A stretch of DNA of 64,000 nucleotides from Anaerolineae bacterium (GCA_963675785.1 OY776562.1:3040001-3104000), one strand, 5' to 3'. Shown: positions 9,414 through 19,797, counted from the stretch's first letter. Program-made: numbers and translations. The notes: a model not told the origin generated them from the letters alone.

Positions 9414-11498
9414 CTATTGCTTTTCGATTGCCGTTATAATCCCGTTTTCCACCTGGACAGCATAAGTATCGTTTGAATCGGGATCATATACCTGAACGAT
9501 ATCATCTGGTGTTATTTCAGGTATTAGACGTTTTCCTTCATCACCAAGTTCCAGAGCCTCGATTGTTTGCGTTATGCCGGAATTGGCTACTAGCCCCTCA
9601 ATCGACTGCCCCTGAGCAATGCGAGAAAAGACGTTGTAAACCGTCGCATAGGAAGATGGGGCGGTCATTTCCAGCACGGCTTCAGCAAAGCTGGCATCTT
9701 CTGATAGATCAGTATCGCGCTCATAACCATCGGCACTGCGCAACCAGAGACTTGCGAGATCGCGATGTGCGCAAACGTGACATTCATCAAAAATGTCGGG
9801 CTCAATGGTGATGCCAAAGGTGGTCCCTGTAACCTGGATCGTGTCAATTCCTTCGCCAACAAAAGCGATGCTGCCGTCGGTGGTAATCCAATCTCTCTGA
9901 CCCTGAGGTGTCCATTCAGTAATCCATTCGCCAGCATCTTTGTGCAAGAGCACAAAACTAGGTTGCACTGCGCTTGCGCCAATGGTGCCATAAATGAGCC
10001 CGATACGATCGTTTTGCAGTCTGGCATCGATAATGAGATCACTGTTGGCAACACGTGTGGCATTGCCCTCGTCGAGTATGCCAATCCAGCTATTCGGCAG
10101 GTGTGCTGCAGCCACCCCATCATCAAGTAGGATTATAGAAGTTGCAGAAATACCTTGCTCCCAGTTGGCTGCCGTCAAATAATCAGCTAATTGCTCCGAA
10201 AGAACTATGTCATCCGTTTCTCCCGATTCGGCGACGAATCGCGCAACTACCTGGACTGTTTCGTCGATATCCCCCGCAGTTTGCAGGAATTGGCTCTCCC
10301 AATTGTTGGACTGTATCTGAATGGTGATATCGTTGAGACCCGTTGCCCATCCCAACACCGTAGTGTCATCTGGCACAACGATAAATCTGCGATCCGATCC
10401 GTCTGTACGGATGGCGTAATAGTAATAGGTTCCATCCAAACCGACGTGTTCTACAAGGACGTAATCACCCTCGGGATCCCAAGTAACGACCCTGGATTCG
10501 GCGCCATCCTCATCGAGGATCTGTCGGTTTGTCTGGGTTCCCAGATCATAAATCCACAGGCCGAGACCGACCACATCCTGATTGGTGTTCTGGCGGCGTT
10601 CGCGCAGGATATAAGCAAACTGGGACGCATCGGGAGACCAGGCTATGCTGGCGATTTCCAGATCTGGCTCCAGTTCGAGGTCAACAATATCGAGAGGAGA
10701 ACCAGTGAGCATGTCATACGCCGTTACGATGTTGGCATCTGTGGTGAGTTCGCTGGTCAAGAGGTAGGCGAGGTCATTCGAAGCTGCCAGTGCTCCCTCT
10801 GTCTCTACGACGGGGTCTTGCAGGTACATGCCCGCTGCCAGATCGATGGTGATGACGCGTGGCAAAAGGCCCCGACCGGATGCCAGACAGGATATGGTGC
10901 TGCCGTCGTAGCCAATAATCTCCAAGAGATTCTCGGTGGTTGGGAAGGTTGCCGTCGGGCTATTCTCATCCGGTTCTAGCAGGAAAAGTGTGGCAAGTTG
11001 TTCACTTGTTTCACTGCTCTCTGATAAGGATGTAACAGCACATATGGCACTGGAAGCATCCTGCGACCAGGCGATGTTGCTGGCCAAGATGTCCCCCTCA
11101 ATGGGCAGGATGATGGTGGTGATATCGCCACTGGCCAGATCGTATAGCTGCACTGTTTTGTTGTGGACAATTGCTACTCGACTGTTCTGGATATCAGCGG
11201 CATCAAAGCTGAATAGGCTGGCGATGGCCTCTGCGCTCTCACCAAATGCCCCACCCACAACGAGGTTTCCATTGGAGATATAGACTAAACGATTATCAAG
11301 GACACTGGTGTTGACTATTGGTGTGTTAGAGGGCGTTGCAGTGGCTTTAACTGTTGCTGTTGCAATGGGTTCTGCCGGGGTTGCTGTGACCTGGGACGTA
11401 GGCTCTATCGAAGGCGTGGGAGAACCATCTTGTGAGCAACTCGACAACAAGAATGATACAGCGAGAGCCAGTAACAGAGTGGTTCGAATACGCTTCAT
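9414..11498 (-). CDS. Lipoprotein with TolB/PD40-like beta-propeller and unknown C-terminal domain
   Basis: Lipobox LSSC, PT linker, repeats IAWSQD / IAWSPD / TWDPEG. Confidence 0.65.
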   Translation of the reverse strand: MKRIRTTLLLALAVSFLLSSCSQDGSPTPSIEPTSQVTATPAEPIATATVKATATPSNTPIVNTSVLDNRLVYISNGNLVVGGAFGESAEAIASLFSFDAADIQNSRVAIVHNKTVQLYDLASGDITTIILPIEGDILASNIAWSQDASSAICAVTSLSESSETSEQLATLFLLEPDENSPTATFPTTENLLEIIGYDGSTISCLASGRGLLPRVITIDLAAGMYLQDPVVETEGALAASNDLAYLLTSELTTDANIVTAYDMLTGSPLDIVDLELEPDLEIASIAWSPDASQFAYILRERRQNTNQDVVGLGLWIYDLGTQTNRQILDEDGAESRVVTWDPEGDYVLVEHVGLDGTYYYYAIRTDGSDRRFIVVPDDTTVLGWATGLNDITIQIQSNNWESQFLQTAGDIDETVQVVARFVAESGETDDIVLSEQLADYLTAANWEQGISATSIILLDDGVAAAHLPNSWIGILDEGNATRVANSDLIIDARLQNDRIGLIYGTIGASAVQPSFVLLHKDAGEWITEWTPQGQRDWITTDGSIAFVGEGIDTIQVTGTTFGITIEPDIFDECHVCAHRDLASLWLRSADGYERDTDLSEDASFAEAVLEMTAPSSYATVYNVFSRIAQGQSIEGLVANSGITQTIEALELGDEGKRLIPEITPDDIVQVYDPDSNDTYAVQVENGIITAIEKQ

Positions 11499-11560
11499 GT
11501 TTGCCTCCGGTCAACGTGATTCACTGCACTTATAACATGCGCATGCTTCTAAAGCAATCT

Positions 11561-12745
11561 CTAGGAGTGATCTAGCAATTCGGCCAGATCTGTAAGAGAG
11601 GTACTGTAATCAATCCGTAGGCGGTTAAGCATATAGGGTGCTTCATACGATTGATAGTACCAGTTGTTGAGCGTAAATGCTGTTGTATATCCATTCGCTT
11701 GCAGGAATTGAATGATCCTGTTGTTATAGGCGCCATAGGGGTAGCAAAAGGTTCCAATGGATTGGCCACTAATGGCTTGAAGTATGTCTCTGGCATCGAG
11801 AATTTGATGCACGAGTTCGGCATCTGACTCTTCTACCAAGCTGCTATGGTCATAGCCATGCACCCCAATCGTAAAGCCATTGGCCGCCAGTTCAATGATA
11901 TGTTCGCGGGTCAGGTAGGCGCTGCAGCCGATATATTGGGGTGAGATATAAATCACGGGCCGTAGCGAGGTATTTTGCAGAATGGGCCAGGCAACAGTGT
12001 AGACATCCCGATAACCATCGTCGATGGTAATGATGATTGGGTTAGTGGGCAATGGTTCACCGAGGAAGTAGGCGGCTAGCTCATTTGGCGAGATGCTGTG
12101 ATAATCATTCTCTACCAGATAAGCCATCTGCTCGGTAAATGCTTGCGGCGATACCACCCAGTCGCGCACAGATTGAGGTGAGTCATCATCAACGTTCTGT
12201 AGATGATGATACATGAGAACGGGAAGGGGAACTCCTTCATTCGAACAGCTAAACGAGAGTTCTAGTGTGCAAGGGCGCGTAAGTGACGTTCCGCCCAATT
12301 CACTGAGTGTGCATTGAATAGCGCCATCTGGCCACCCTGCTGATGGTGTAAAAACAAGGGTGCAGGCATCTGATTGACTGAGCGTGCCTTCTACTAGAGG
12401 TTGGAATGTCAAGTTTGCAGTGGAGAGGTCAATAGGTTGATCGAATACAAGGCGCAATGGCAAGTCTGAACGAACGCCTCGATCTCCCTGAATAGGATAG
12501 GATGCTACGAGTTCAGGCGCTGAGCCTGGGGTTGGCGTAAAGGTGGGGGTAATCGTTGCGGTTTCTGTCGGGATCAGCGTTGGTTGCAGCGACTCTAATG
12601 GCGTCGAGATAGGAACCGGCGTTGAAAAGGGAGGCTCTGCCTGAACAGTGAACGTAGGTAGTAGTGTACTGCCTGATGTCGTGCAGGCGGACAGGCCCAT
12701 CATGCAAAAAAGGGCAACTAACAATAAGGCATATTCTTTTTTCAT
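11561..12745 (-). CDS. Lipoprotein: Ig-like (Big_5) domain + CE4 polysaccharide deacetylase
   Basis: Lipobox LSAC; LRLVFDQPID Ig-like; PVLMYH, TIDDGY, HGYDH, FCYPYG. Confidence 0.85.
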   Translation of the reverse strand: MKKEYALLLVALFCMMGLSACTTSGSTLLPTFTVQAEPPFSTPVPISTPLESLQPTLIPTETATITPTFTPTPGSAPELVASYPIQGDRGVRSDLPLRLVFDQPIDLSTANLTFQPLVEGTLSQSDACTLVFTPSAGWPDGAIQCTLSELGGTSLTRPCTLELSFSCSNEGVPLPVLMYHHLQNVDDDSPQSVRDWVVSPQAFTEQMAYLVENDYHSISPNELAAYFLGEPLPTNPIIITIDDGYRDVYTVAWPILQNTSLRPVIYISPQYIGCSAYLTREHIIELAANGFTIGVHGYDHSSLVEESDAELVHQILDARDILQAISGQSIGTFCYPYGAYNNRIIQFLQANGYTTAFTLNNWYYQSYEAPYMLNRLRIDYSTSLTDLAELLDHS

Positions 12746-12766
12746 TCGATCTTTCCCTGTGGGGGA

Positions 12767-13522
12767 TCAGTTCTGAATGTTGATTCTCACTTCACATGGA
12801 TCGGGATAGTTGCCGGTTATATCAACGACGGTAAGCCTGATCCATGCCGTGCCATTTGGAAAACCCTGGGTTTGAAGCGTTGCCAGCGTGCCACCAACCA
12901 CTGCCTGGCTGTGTGTATTGCCGATGACATTCCACTGCTGCGGGGTTTCGCCTATGGCGTATTCTACTTTGTAAAAGTTGAATGACGTACCTGAGGCTGT
13001 ACCGATAATGCTTACCGATCCTGATACTTGGGCATCCATACCCGGGCTGGTAATCTGAATGTTCGGATCTGTGCATGAAGCGGGGGCAACCGCAACTGGC
13101 GTCGGAGTATCGATGATAACCGTAGTTTGCTGTGTAGGTGCAGTTGTAGCAGTGGCGACAGCTTCTGGTGTGCTGGTAGGTGTCGGCGAAGGTGTCAGAG
13201 TAGCCTGTTCGAGCGTAGGAATGGGCAGGGTGTGCGTTGGCGTCGGTGAAGCATATTGCTCCAGATCGATATTGGGCAACAGATACTGATTACACCCGGC
13301 GACAACAGCAATAAGAACGAGCACAACCACAATGCGACTGATCGCTCTTCTCTGACGATGAGCCCATACCTCTTTTTCGACAGTGAACATTGTGTTCGAG
13401 CGCTCTTGACCTGCCTTGAGCAATGTTCGAAGCTGCAAAAGAATGATCAGTGCGCAAAAGCCGTAAAACCAGGGCAGGTACTGATTGACATTTTCAGTAA
13501 TACTGGCAAGAACGTCGAGCAC
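12767..13522 (-). CDS. Membrane protein, 2 TM + PT linker + C-terminal Ig-like domain
   Basis: Two hydrophobic helices, TPTP linker, ITSP..VSGSVSIIGTA..FYKVEY..IRLTVVDITGN. Confidence 0.7.
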   Translation of the reverse strand: MLDVLASITENVNQYLPWFYGFCALIILLQLRTLLKAGQERSNTMFTVEKEVWAHRQRRAISRIVVVLVLIAVVAGCNQYLLPNIDLEQYASPTPTHTLPIPTLEQATLTPSPTPTSTPEAVATATTAPTQQTTVIIDTPTPVAVAPASCTDPNIQITSPGMDAQVSGSVSIIGTASGTSFNFYKVEYAIGETPQQWNVIGNTHSQAVVGGTLATLQTQGFPNGTAWIRLTVVDITGNYPDPCEVRINIQN

Positions 13523-13540
13523 GTAGGCAGTCCTTCAGTT

Positions 13541-14386
13541 CTATAGGAGATGAGGTAGAACATCACGAATTAAATTCGCCAGGACGGGCGTAGCTTTCAA
13601 GCCCGCTTCCAGCACTTCTTCATGGTTGGGTTCTTCCTGAGAATCCAGCGAATCAATAGCCACATTTGATATCATCGAGATTCCAAGCACATCAATGCCT
13701 GCATGACGTGCGGCCACAACCTCAGGTGCAGTAGACATGCCTACTGCATTGGCACCGAAGCCGCGTAGCATACGTACTTCAGCAGGCGTTTCAAAACTTG
13801 GACCCGCGACCATGGCATAGACGCCGTGCAGCAAATGAACGTTCCCTTTTGCAGCAACCTCGTCCAACGCTTCAAGCATTTCATGACTGTAGGCATGGGT
13901 CATGCTTGGGAATCGTGGCCCCAAGTCTTCGTCAGCGGGGCCGCGTAGAGGACTGTGCCCAGCCATGCCTGCAAAATAGATATGATCGTCGATAGCCATA
14001 AGATCGCCCGGCTTCATGTTGTTATCAAGTCCGCCAGCCGCGTTGGTCACGATTAGCTTTTTAATACCCAAAAACTGCATAACGCGAATGGGGAACGTAA
14101 TCTGTAAAGCGTCATATCCCTCATAGTAGTGTACACGTCCTTGCATAATGAGCACAGGGATATTGGCCAGGTAACCCACTACCAGACGCCCCATGTGCCC
14201 TTGCACAGTAGAGGTAGGAAAATCAGGGATATCCCCAAAGGGAATGATCCGAGGATCTTGGACGCTATCTGCCAAGCTGCTCAAACCAGATCCCAAGATC
14301 ATGGCGATCTCGGGCTGACAGGTTATGCGCTGACGTACAAAATCAGCTGCTACCTGAGCACTGTATTTAAACATCTTTTGATCCAT
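13541..14386 (-). CDS. punA: Purine-nucleoside phosphorylase (trimeric type)
   Basis: ILGSGL, GRVHYYEG, TNAAGG, GPSFETPAE, VGMST; AGGAG RBS upstream of ATG 14386. Confidence 0.95.
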   Translation of the reverse strand: MDQKMFKYSAQVAADFVRQRITCQPEIAMILGSGLSSLADSVQDPRIIPFGDIPDFPTSTVQGHMGRLVVGYLANIPVLIMQGRVHYYEGYDALQITFPIRVMQFLGIKKLIVTNAAGGLDNNMKPGDLMAIDDHIYFAGMAGHSPLRGPADEDLGPRFPSMTHAYSHEMLEALDEVAAKGNVHLLHGVYAMVAGPSFETPAEVRMLRGFGANAVGMSTAPEVVAARHAGIDVLGISMISNVAIDSLDSQEEPNHEEVLEAGLKATPVLANLIRDVLPHLL

Positions 14387-14426
14387 TTTTTCATCTCCTG
14401 TCTGCACTGACGGGACAACGAAAAGG

Positions 14427-15332
14427 TTAATGCGCCCGAGGATGGGCCTCTTCGTAAAGCTCTCTGATCTGCTCTTGCGTCATTTGCGTATACACCTGCG
14501 TAGTGCTGACATTGGCGTGACCGAGCAAGCCTTGAACTTCATGTACGTCGGCGCCACCGCTCAAAAGGTGTGTAGCAAACGAATGCCTGAGTGTGTGGGG
14601 TGTAACGGGAACCTGAATCCCCGCATCTTCTACGTATTTACGAATGATCAGCCACAACCCTTGTCGGGTAAGCCGTTTGCCGCGGTGATTCAGGAACAAG
14701 GCTGTCTCTTCATCGGCGCGCAACAGCTTGGGGCGGCAATCGCAGAGGTAATGATCCAGCGCTTCGGCTGCACGCGAGTAAATGGGAATCAACCGTGCCT
14801 TGACACGATTGCTGTGGCTCTCGCAGTGTACACAGCTGTCTTGCAGATCAACATCGCAAACATCCAGAGCAACGATCTCGCTAACGCGCATGCCTGTTGC
14901 ATAGAGCATTTCTAGCAGGGCTGCATCACGATAGCTTCGAATGGTATCTTGCCCCTGGGGGGCTTTGAGAAGCCGTTCAACTTCTTCTTCAGTCAGTGCG
15001 ACTGGTGAATACTTGCGTACCTTGGGTGAATCAAGTTCTGACGTGGGATCGGATTGGCAAAATCCCTTTTCGCAAAGAAAGTGGAAAAAGGATTTTGCCG
15101 CAGCCACTTTGCGTGCAACGGTGGCTGAAGCGTATTCCCGCTCATAACGCAAGTCGTTGACAAAGGTCACCATGTTGTCAGGAGAAACACTACTCCAGTT
15201 GTCGACATGGCAGTTTTTTTGCATGAATGTACAAAACTGGGTTAGGTCGTTCTGGTAGGCAACGATTGTGTTGTGAGAGTACCCCTTTTCTTCTTTGAGC
15301 GAGTCTAGAAACGTCATGACAAGGTTCTGCAT
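14427..15332 (-). CDS. xerD: Tyrosine recombinase XerD
   Basis: LYATGMRVSE, LTRQGLW, TPHTLRHSFATH, LGHANVSTTQVYT, C-terminal HPRA; GGAGG before ATG 15332; xerD-punA synteny. Confidence 0.9.
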   Translation of the reverse strand: MQNLVMTFLDSLKEEKGYSHNTIVAYQNDLTQFCTFMQKNCHVDNWSSVSPDNMVTFVNDLRYEREYASATVARKVAAAKSFFHFLCEKGFCQSDPTSELDSPKVRKYSPVALTEEEVERLLKAPQGQDTIRSYRDAALLEMLYATGMRVSEIVALDVCDVDLQDSCVHCESHSNRVKARLIPIYSRAAEALDHYLCDCRPKLLRADEETALFLNHRGKRLTRQGLWLIIRKYVEDAGIQVPVTPHTLRHSFATHLLSGGADVHEVQGLLGHANVSTTQVYTQMTQEQIRELYEEAHPRAH

Positions 15333-15420
15333 CAACACACCCTCCAGCATCCATTGTATCCACGATCCGGGCGTATTCTACCACTACTTGCCATAAGTAC
15401 AAATTTCTTGGCTTCCGGCC

Positions 15421-15449
15421 TTGCCAGGCCCTGATTTGAACGTTAACAT
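15421..15449 (+). promoter_or_regulatory. Putative sigma70 promoter for the larA-GH20 operon
   Basis: TTGCCA-N17-TAACAT. Confidence 0.45.
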
Positions 15450-15478
15450 GTGCGCCAGGATGGAGGATATCGAGACAC

Positions 15479-16768
15479 ATGCATATTAACCTGAAATACG
15501 GCATTGATGGATTGGATGTTAACGTTCCTGATTGTGCGGATGTGATTGTGCCGCACCGTTCTCCTGGCCTTGGTGACGAGGCAGGGTCTCTTCGTTTTGC
15601 TTTACGCGGGCCGAGAGGATGTACAGCACTTGCTGAGCGTGTGAAACCGAACGACAAGGTGGTTGTCGTCTTTAGTGACATCACCCGGCCTATGCCCAGT
15701 GACCGAGTTCTGCCAGTTGTATTGCAAGAGCTTGCACATGTGCCGAGTGAGAATATCGTTCTTTTGAATGCCCTGGGTACGCACCAGCGCAACACGCCAA
15801 AAGAGCTAGAGCGTATGTTGGGTGTGGAGATCGTGCGGAACTATCGCATCGAACAACATGATGCCTGGGATCGAGACGGATTGGTTTATCTGGGCGAATC
15901 GCAGGCGGGGCATCCGTTGTGGGTGAACCGTCTGTACCATGAGGCCACTTTTCGTATTGTTACAGGCTTTATCGAACCGCACATTTTTGCTGGGTTCTCT
16001 GGTGGGCCCAAGGGCGTGCTACCTGGTATAGCCGGCATCGATACTATTATGGCCAATCATAGCCCGGCGATGTTGAACTCGCCGTTGGCTACCTGGGGTG
16101 TTATTGAGGGTAACCCGGTATGGCAAGAGATGCATGAGATGGCCTTGGCCTGTCCCCCTGATTTTCTGGTAAATGTGGCGCTTAATGCCGAACGCGAGAT
16201 CACGGCCGTGTTTGCTGGAGAGATGGACGCAGCCCATTCGGCTGGCAGGTCTTTTGTATCTAGCATGGCCATGACGCCCGTCTCGCACCGGTATGATGTG
16301 GTTCTGGTTACCAATAGCGGTTATCCTTTGGATATTAACCTCTATCAGACTGTTAAAGGCATGTCGTCAGCGGCACGCATTGTGCGCCCGGGCGGAGCCA
16401 TTGTGGTAGCCAGCCAATGTCGTTATGGCATTCCAGATTATGGCAAATATCGCGAGTTAGTGGTACAGGGGGGCTCTGTGCAGGGCATTCAAGAACTCAT
16501 CAGCCGCCCCGGCTTTTGCGAACACGATATGTGGGAGGCGCAGCTTCATGCCGGCGTGTTGGCAAGAGCTGCGGTGCATCTCTATGCAGATGGCTTGAGC
16601 GATACACAAATTCGCGAGATGCTGCTAGAGCCCTGTCATGATATCGAGACGACTGTGAACGACCTGCTATGTGAGTTTGGCCCTGGGGCAAGCCTTTGTG
16701 TGCTCCCTGAAGGGCCCCAGACCATACCTTATCTTGAAGAACCGTGTGCCTCTCAAGGAGGACTGTGA
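15479..16768 (+). CDS. larA: Nickel-pincer-dependent lactate racemase/epimerase family (LarA-like)
   Basis: SDITRP, ALGTH, IEPHIFAGFSGGPK, NLYQTVKG motifs. Confidence 0.9.
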   Translation: MHINLKYGIDGLDVNVPDCADVIVPHRSPGLGDEAGSLRFALRGPRGCTALAERVKPNDKVVVVFSDITRPMPSDRVLPVVLQELAHVPSENIVLLNALGTHQRNTPKELERMLGVEIVRNYRIEQHDAWDRDGLVYLGESQAGHPLWVNRLYHEATFRIVTGFIEPHIFAGFSGGPKGVLPGIAGIDTIMANHSPAMLNSPLATWGVIEGNPVWQEMHEMALACPPDFLVNVALNAEREITAVFAGEMDAAHSAGRSFVSSMAMTPVSHRYDVVLVTNSGYPLDINLYQTVKGMSSAARIVRPGGAIVVASQCRYGIPDYGKYRELVVQGGSVQGIQELISRPGFCEHDMWEAQLHAGVLARAAVHLYADGLSDTQIREMLLEPCHDIETTVNDLLCEFGPGASLCVLPEGPQTIPYLEEPCASQGGL

Positions 16769-18810
16769 TGCGCGAGCTTGTTTTGCTACCGCAACCCAAA
16801 CGTATCGAGATGTTTAAAGGGGCGTTCAGGCTAAATGCCGATACGCTCATACAGTTGCTGCCCTCGTGCGCCGCAGCACTGCACGTGGTGGCCTTGCAGC
16901 TCAAACAAGAGATATTCGCTGATACTGGTATTGAAATCTCTATTGTTTCCTCTGCCAAATCTCCCCGAAAAGAGAATCTCATCGTCGTTGGTACGGTGGA
17001 TGACCCGTCCTGGGAAGACTATGCAGAGTCCCTCGATGAGCTCGTTTCTCAGGCTTATACGCTCAAGATAGACAAAGAGGGTGTGCTGGCTGTGGGCGGT
17101 GATCTTGATGGCGCAGCCTATGCCCTACAGACACTGCGGCAGATCGTTCGTACATCGGGCGTACTTTTGCCTTCGTTGGCCATAGACGACTGGCCTTCAC
17201 TTCCCAATCGTGGGCTTATGCTGGATGTCTGCCGCGGCAAAGTGCCCACGCTAGATACGCTCAAACTGCTAGTCGATGAACTCGCTGCTTTCAAGATCAA
17301 TGTCTTGCAGCTCTATACCGAGCACACGTTTTCTTTTGCCAGCCATCCGCGTATTGGCGAGAACTGTGGTTCATTAACGCCGGAAGACATATTGGAATTG
17401 GACGCCTATGCGCATGATCGTCGATTAACGCTCATGCCCAATCTACAGGCTTTTGGCCATTGTGCCCATATCCTGCGCATCCCTCGCTATGCTGATCTGG
17501 CCGAATCGGGCGCGCTCTGGTCTCTCAGCCCTGTGCTAGAAGGCACCTACACGCTGTTGGGCGACATGTTTGCGGATCTCACGCCTGCTTTTTCCTGCAA
17601 GGTACTGAATGTCGATTGCGACGAAACTTGGGATTTGGGTTACGGCCTTTCGGCAGAACGCTGTGAAGAGGTTGGTCGTGGTAGGGTGTATTTGGAGCAC
17701 ATCAACCGCTTGCGTGAATTAGCGGCCGAGAACGGTTGTCACATCCAGATGTGGGGTGACATTCTGTTGCACTATCCCGAACTGGTTGACGATCTGGCAG
17801 AGGATATTACGTTACTGGATTGGCATTACGAGGCGTCGGATGATTATCCTTCGACGCGCATTTTTGGCGAGAGCGGCCGAGACTTTTGGGTGTGCCCCGG
17901 TACGTCTTCTTGGAACACAATTTTCCCCCGTATTGAGAATGCCAATATCAATATCCGCAACCTGATCCGGCAAGGGTTGGCAGAGGGTGCCATCGGTGTG
18001 TTGAACACTGACTGGGGCGATCATGGGCATTATCAACCCATCGGCCAGAGCTGGTATGGCTATATCTATGGGGCCGAGCAATCTTGGACGGGTGGCGAGA
18101 CGGACGACGATGCCTTTGATTCAGCATTTGGGCACCTGTTCTTTGGCGCAAACGGCACAGTTATCGTGGAGGCGATTCGTGCGGTAGGGGCTTTGAATGC
18201 TGTGGATGATATGGCCAGGGGCAACAGCTCTCGCGGCATTTATGCCTTGCTAGAAGACCCTGTGTTGGCCGAGGTTTCTCTGTCACTCTCCCCAGAGACT
18301 CTGCGAAGGATTACGGAAACTTGTGAACAAGCCGAGATCGGTTTTGGCCAGATTCCGGGGGATTGCCAAGACAGAATGGCCCTGGAAGAGATGGCCTACT
18401 CTTGCCGTCTGTTTAAAATGATGGCTCGCAAAGCTGCTTTTTCCCAAAAGCTAGAAGCTACGCTTGCGAGTATGCCCCCTGCTTCTGAAGCAGCTCTGGA
18501 TGCGTTGACGGTTCTCTTGGACGAACTAGAAACCATTGAGGCTTCCTTGGTGGGGCTAGTCAGTTTGTTCGAGGCGCAATGGATGCGTAGAGCACGCCGT
18601 TCCGAGATCAATATCTCGTTGGGGCATTTTGCAGGTGTGCGACAGCGGATGCGCTGTTTGGCGGATTGGCTCAGAGAACGCGTGGATGAGTTGCAGGCTG
18701 GCATAGCGCCTGATTATGACCTCACTGCATACAAAGCAGAGGCCGAAACATATCTGATTCTAGGTCAGGCGGAACACAAGCGCTGGAACGAACTGGGCAT
18801 TCTCCGATAG
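16768..18810 (+). CDS. GH20 family beta-N-acetylhexosaminidase-like glycoside hydrolase (no signal peptide)
   Basis: GH20b N-domain, DWPSLPNRGLMLDVCR, QAFGH, catalytic DCDE, MWGD, TDWGD; TGATG overlap with larA, AAGGAGG RBS. Confidence 0.85.
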   Translation: MRELVLLPQPKRIEMFKGAFRLNADTLIQLLPSCAAALHVVALQLKQEIFADTGIEISIVSSAKSPRKENLIVVGTVDDPSWEDYAESLDELVSQAYTLKIDKEGVLAVGGDLDGAAYALQTLRQIVRTSGVLLPSLAIDDWPSLPNRGLMLDVCRGKVPTLDTLKLLVDELAAFKINVLQLYTEHTFSFASHPRIGENCGSLTPEDILELDAYAHDRRLTLMPNLQAFGHCAHILRIPRYADLAESGALWSLSPVLEGTYTLLGDMFADLTPAFSCKVLNVDCDETWDLGYGLSAERCEEVGRGRVYLEHINRLRELAAENGCHIQMWGDILLHYPELVDDLAEDITLLDWHYEASDDYPSTRIFGESGRDFWVCPGTSSWNTIFPRIENANINIRNLIRQGLAEGAIGVLNTDWGDHGHYQPIGQSWYGYIYGAEQSWTGGETDDDAFDSAFGHLFFGANGTVIVEAIRAVGALNAVDDMARGNSSRGIYALLEDPVLAEVSLSLSPETLRRITETCEQAEIGFGQIPGDCQDRMALEEMAYSCRLFKMMARKAAFSQKLEATLASMPPASEAALDALTVLLDELETIEASLVGLVSLFEAQWMRRARRSEINISLGHFAGVRQRMRCLADWLRERVDELQAGIAPDYDLTAYKAEAETYLILGQAEHKRWNELGILR

Positions 18811-18819
18811 AGGACTCGT

Positions 18820-18853
18820 AACGGGGTCGCCGTATAATGCGACGACCCCGTTT
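18820..18853. terminator. Hairpin terminator between convergent genes
   Basis: AACGGGGTCGCCG-TATAATG-CGACGACCCCGTTT. Confidence 0.7.
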
Positions 18854-18856
18854 GAA

Positions 18857-19108
18857 TTATTCTTCTACAACGCGCTCGACGGCGATGGTGCAGCTAGTGA
18901 TGAGTGCTGCAAAAGCGCCTACGGCTGCCAGCACTGGGGCAAAAACTGTGCCTACGGCCGCTATGGTCATAGGCAATTCCATAATGGTGCGGCCATCCTG
19001 ACGGATGACAATGCGGCGAATGTTGCCTTGATGAACGAGTTCTTTGACTTTGTCGACAAGCTGGTTGCCCGACACTTCAAACTCTTCTGTACGAGTTTTC
19101 TCTTCCAT
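18857..19108 (-). CDS. DUF4342 domain protein
   Basis: TEEFEVSGNQLVDKVKELVHQGNIRRIVI...hydrophobic tail...CTIAVER. Confidence 0.85.
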   Translation of the reverse strand: MEEKTRTEEFEVSGNQLVDKVKELVHQGNIRRIVIRQDGRTIMELPMTIAAVGTVFAPVLAAVGAFAALITSCTIAVERVVEE

Positions 19109-19237
19109 TTACGCTCACCTCCGGAGCCGTGCTAGTATGTATATTATACGTCGTTCGAAGGATTATGGTTGCTCTTGGCTTCAAAAGGCCTAGAATGATC
19201 TTTGTACTTTTGAATCTGGCAAGAGCAAGGGAGAGGT

Positions 19238-19762
19238 ATGGAGCGCCCAGAATCTGAAGGAAGTTGGTTGCGCGAGTTTGTGAGATCGTTCTTGCCGGCC
19301 ATTTTGATCGTCGCGTTTATTAATCTGTTCATTGCGCAACCAAGAACTGTGGACGGGCGCAGTATGGAGCCTACGCTTTACGACGGCAACCGGCTCATTG
19401 TCGAGTTGTTGAGTTATCGTTTTGCCGAGCCTGAGCGTGGTGACATTGTGATGCTGCGTATTACAGAAGGGCAGACTTCTCGCGCCTTGGTCAAGCGGGT
19501 AATTGGACTCCCGGGTGACACTGTCGAGATCTATGATGGTAGTGTGTACATCAATGGAGAGAAACTGGACGAGCCCTATGTCTCAGCCTCTACTGATGGA
19601 ATCATGACGGCGATGCTCATTCCCGATGGCCAATACTTTGTAATGGGTGATAATCGGCCGGTAAGTAATGATTCCAGATATTTTGGCACGATACCCTATC
19701 AAGATATCATCGGCCATGTTCTCATTCGCTACTGGCCGTTCAGTCTTTTTGGAGCACCATAA
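19238..19762 (+). CDS. lepB: Signal peptidase I
   Basis: SMEPTL, VKRVIGLPGD, MGDNRPVSNDSRYFG. Confidence 0.95.
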   Translation: MERPESEGSWLREFVRSFLPAILIVAFINLFIAQPRTVDGRSMEPTLYDGNRLIVELLSYRFAEPERGDIVMLRITEGQTSRALVKRVIGLPGDTVEIYDGSVYINGEKLDEPYVSASTDGIMTAMLIPDGQYFVMGDNRPVSNDSRYFGTIPYQDIIGHVLIRYWPFSLFGAP

Positions 19763-19766
19763 GTTT

Positions 19767-19795
19767 AAAAGGGGGAGCAGATGCTCCCCCTTTTT
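19767..19795. terminator. Bidirectional intrinsic terminator
   Basis: AAAAGGGGGAGCA-GA-TGCTCCCCCTTTTT. Confidence 0.85.
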
Positions 19796-19797
19796 CT

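Noticed and set aside
14427-15332. Tyrosine recombinase as a phage/ICE integrase
   Set aside because: XerD-specific TRQG and HPRA motifs, xerD-punA housekeeping synteny, and no att repeats or mobile genes nearby.
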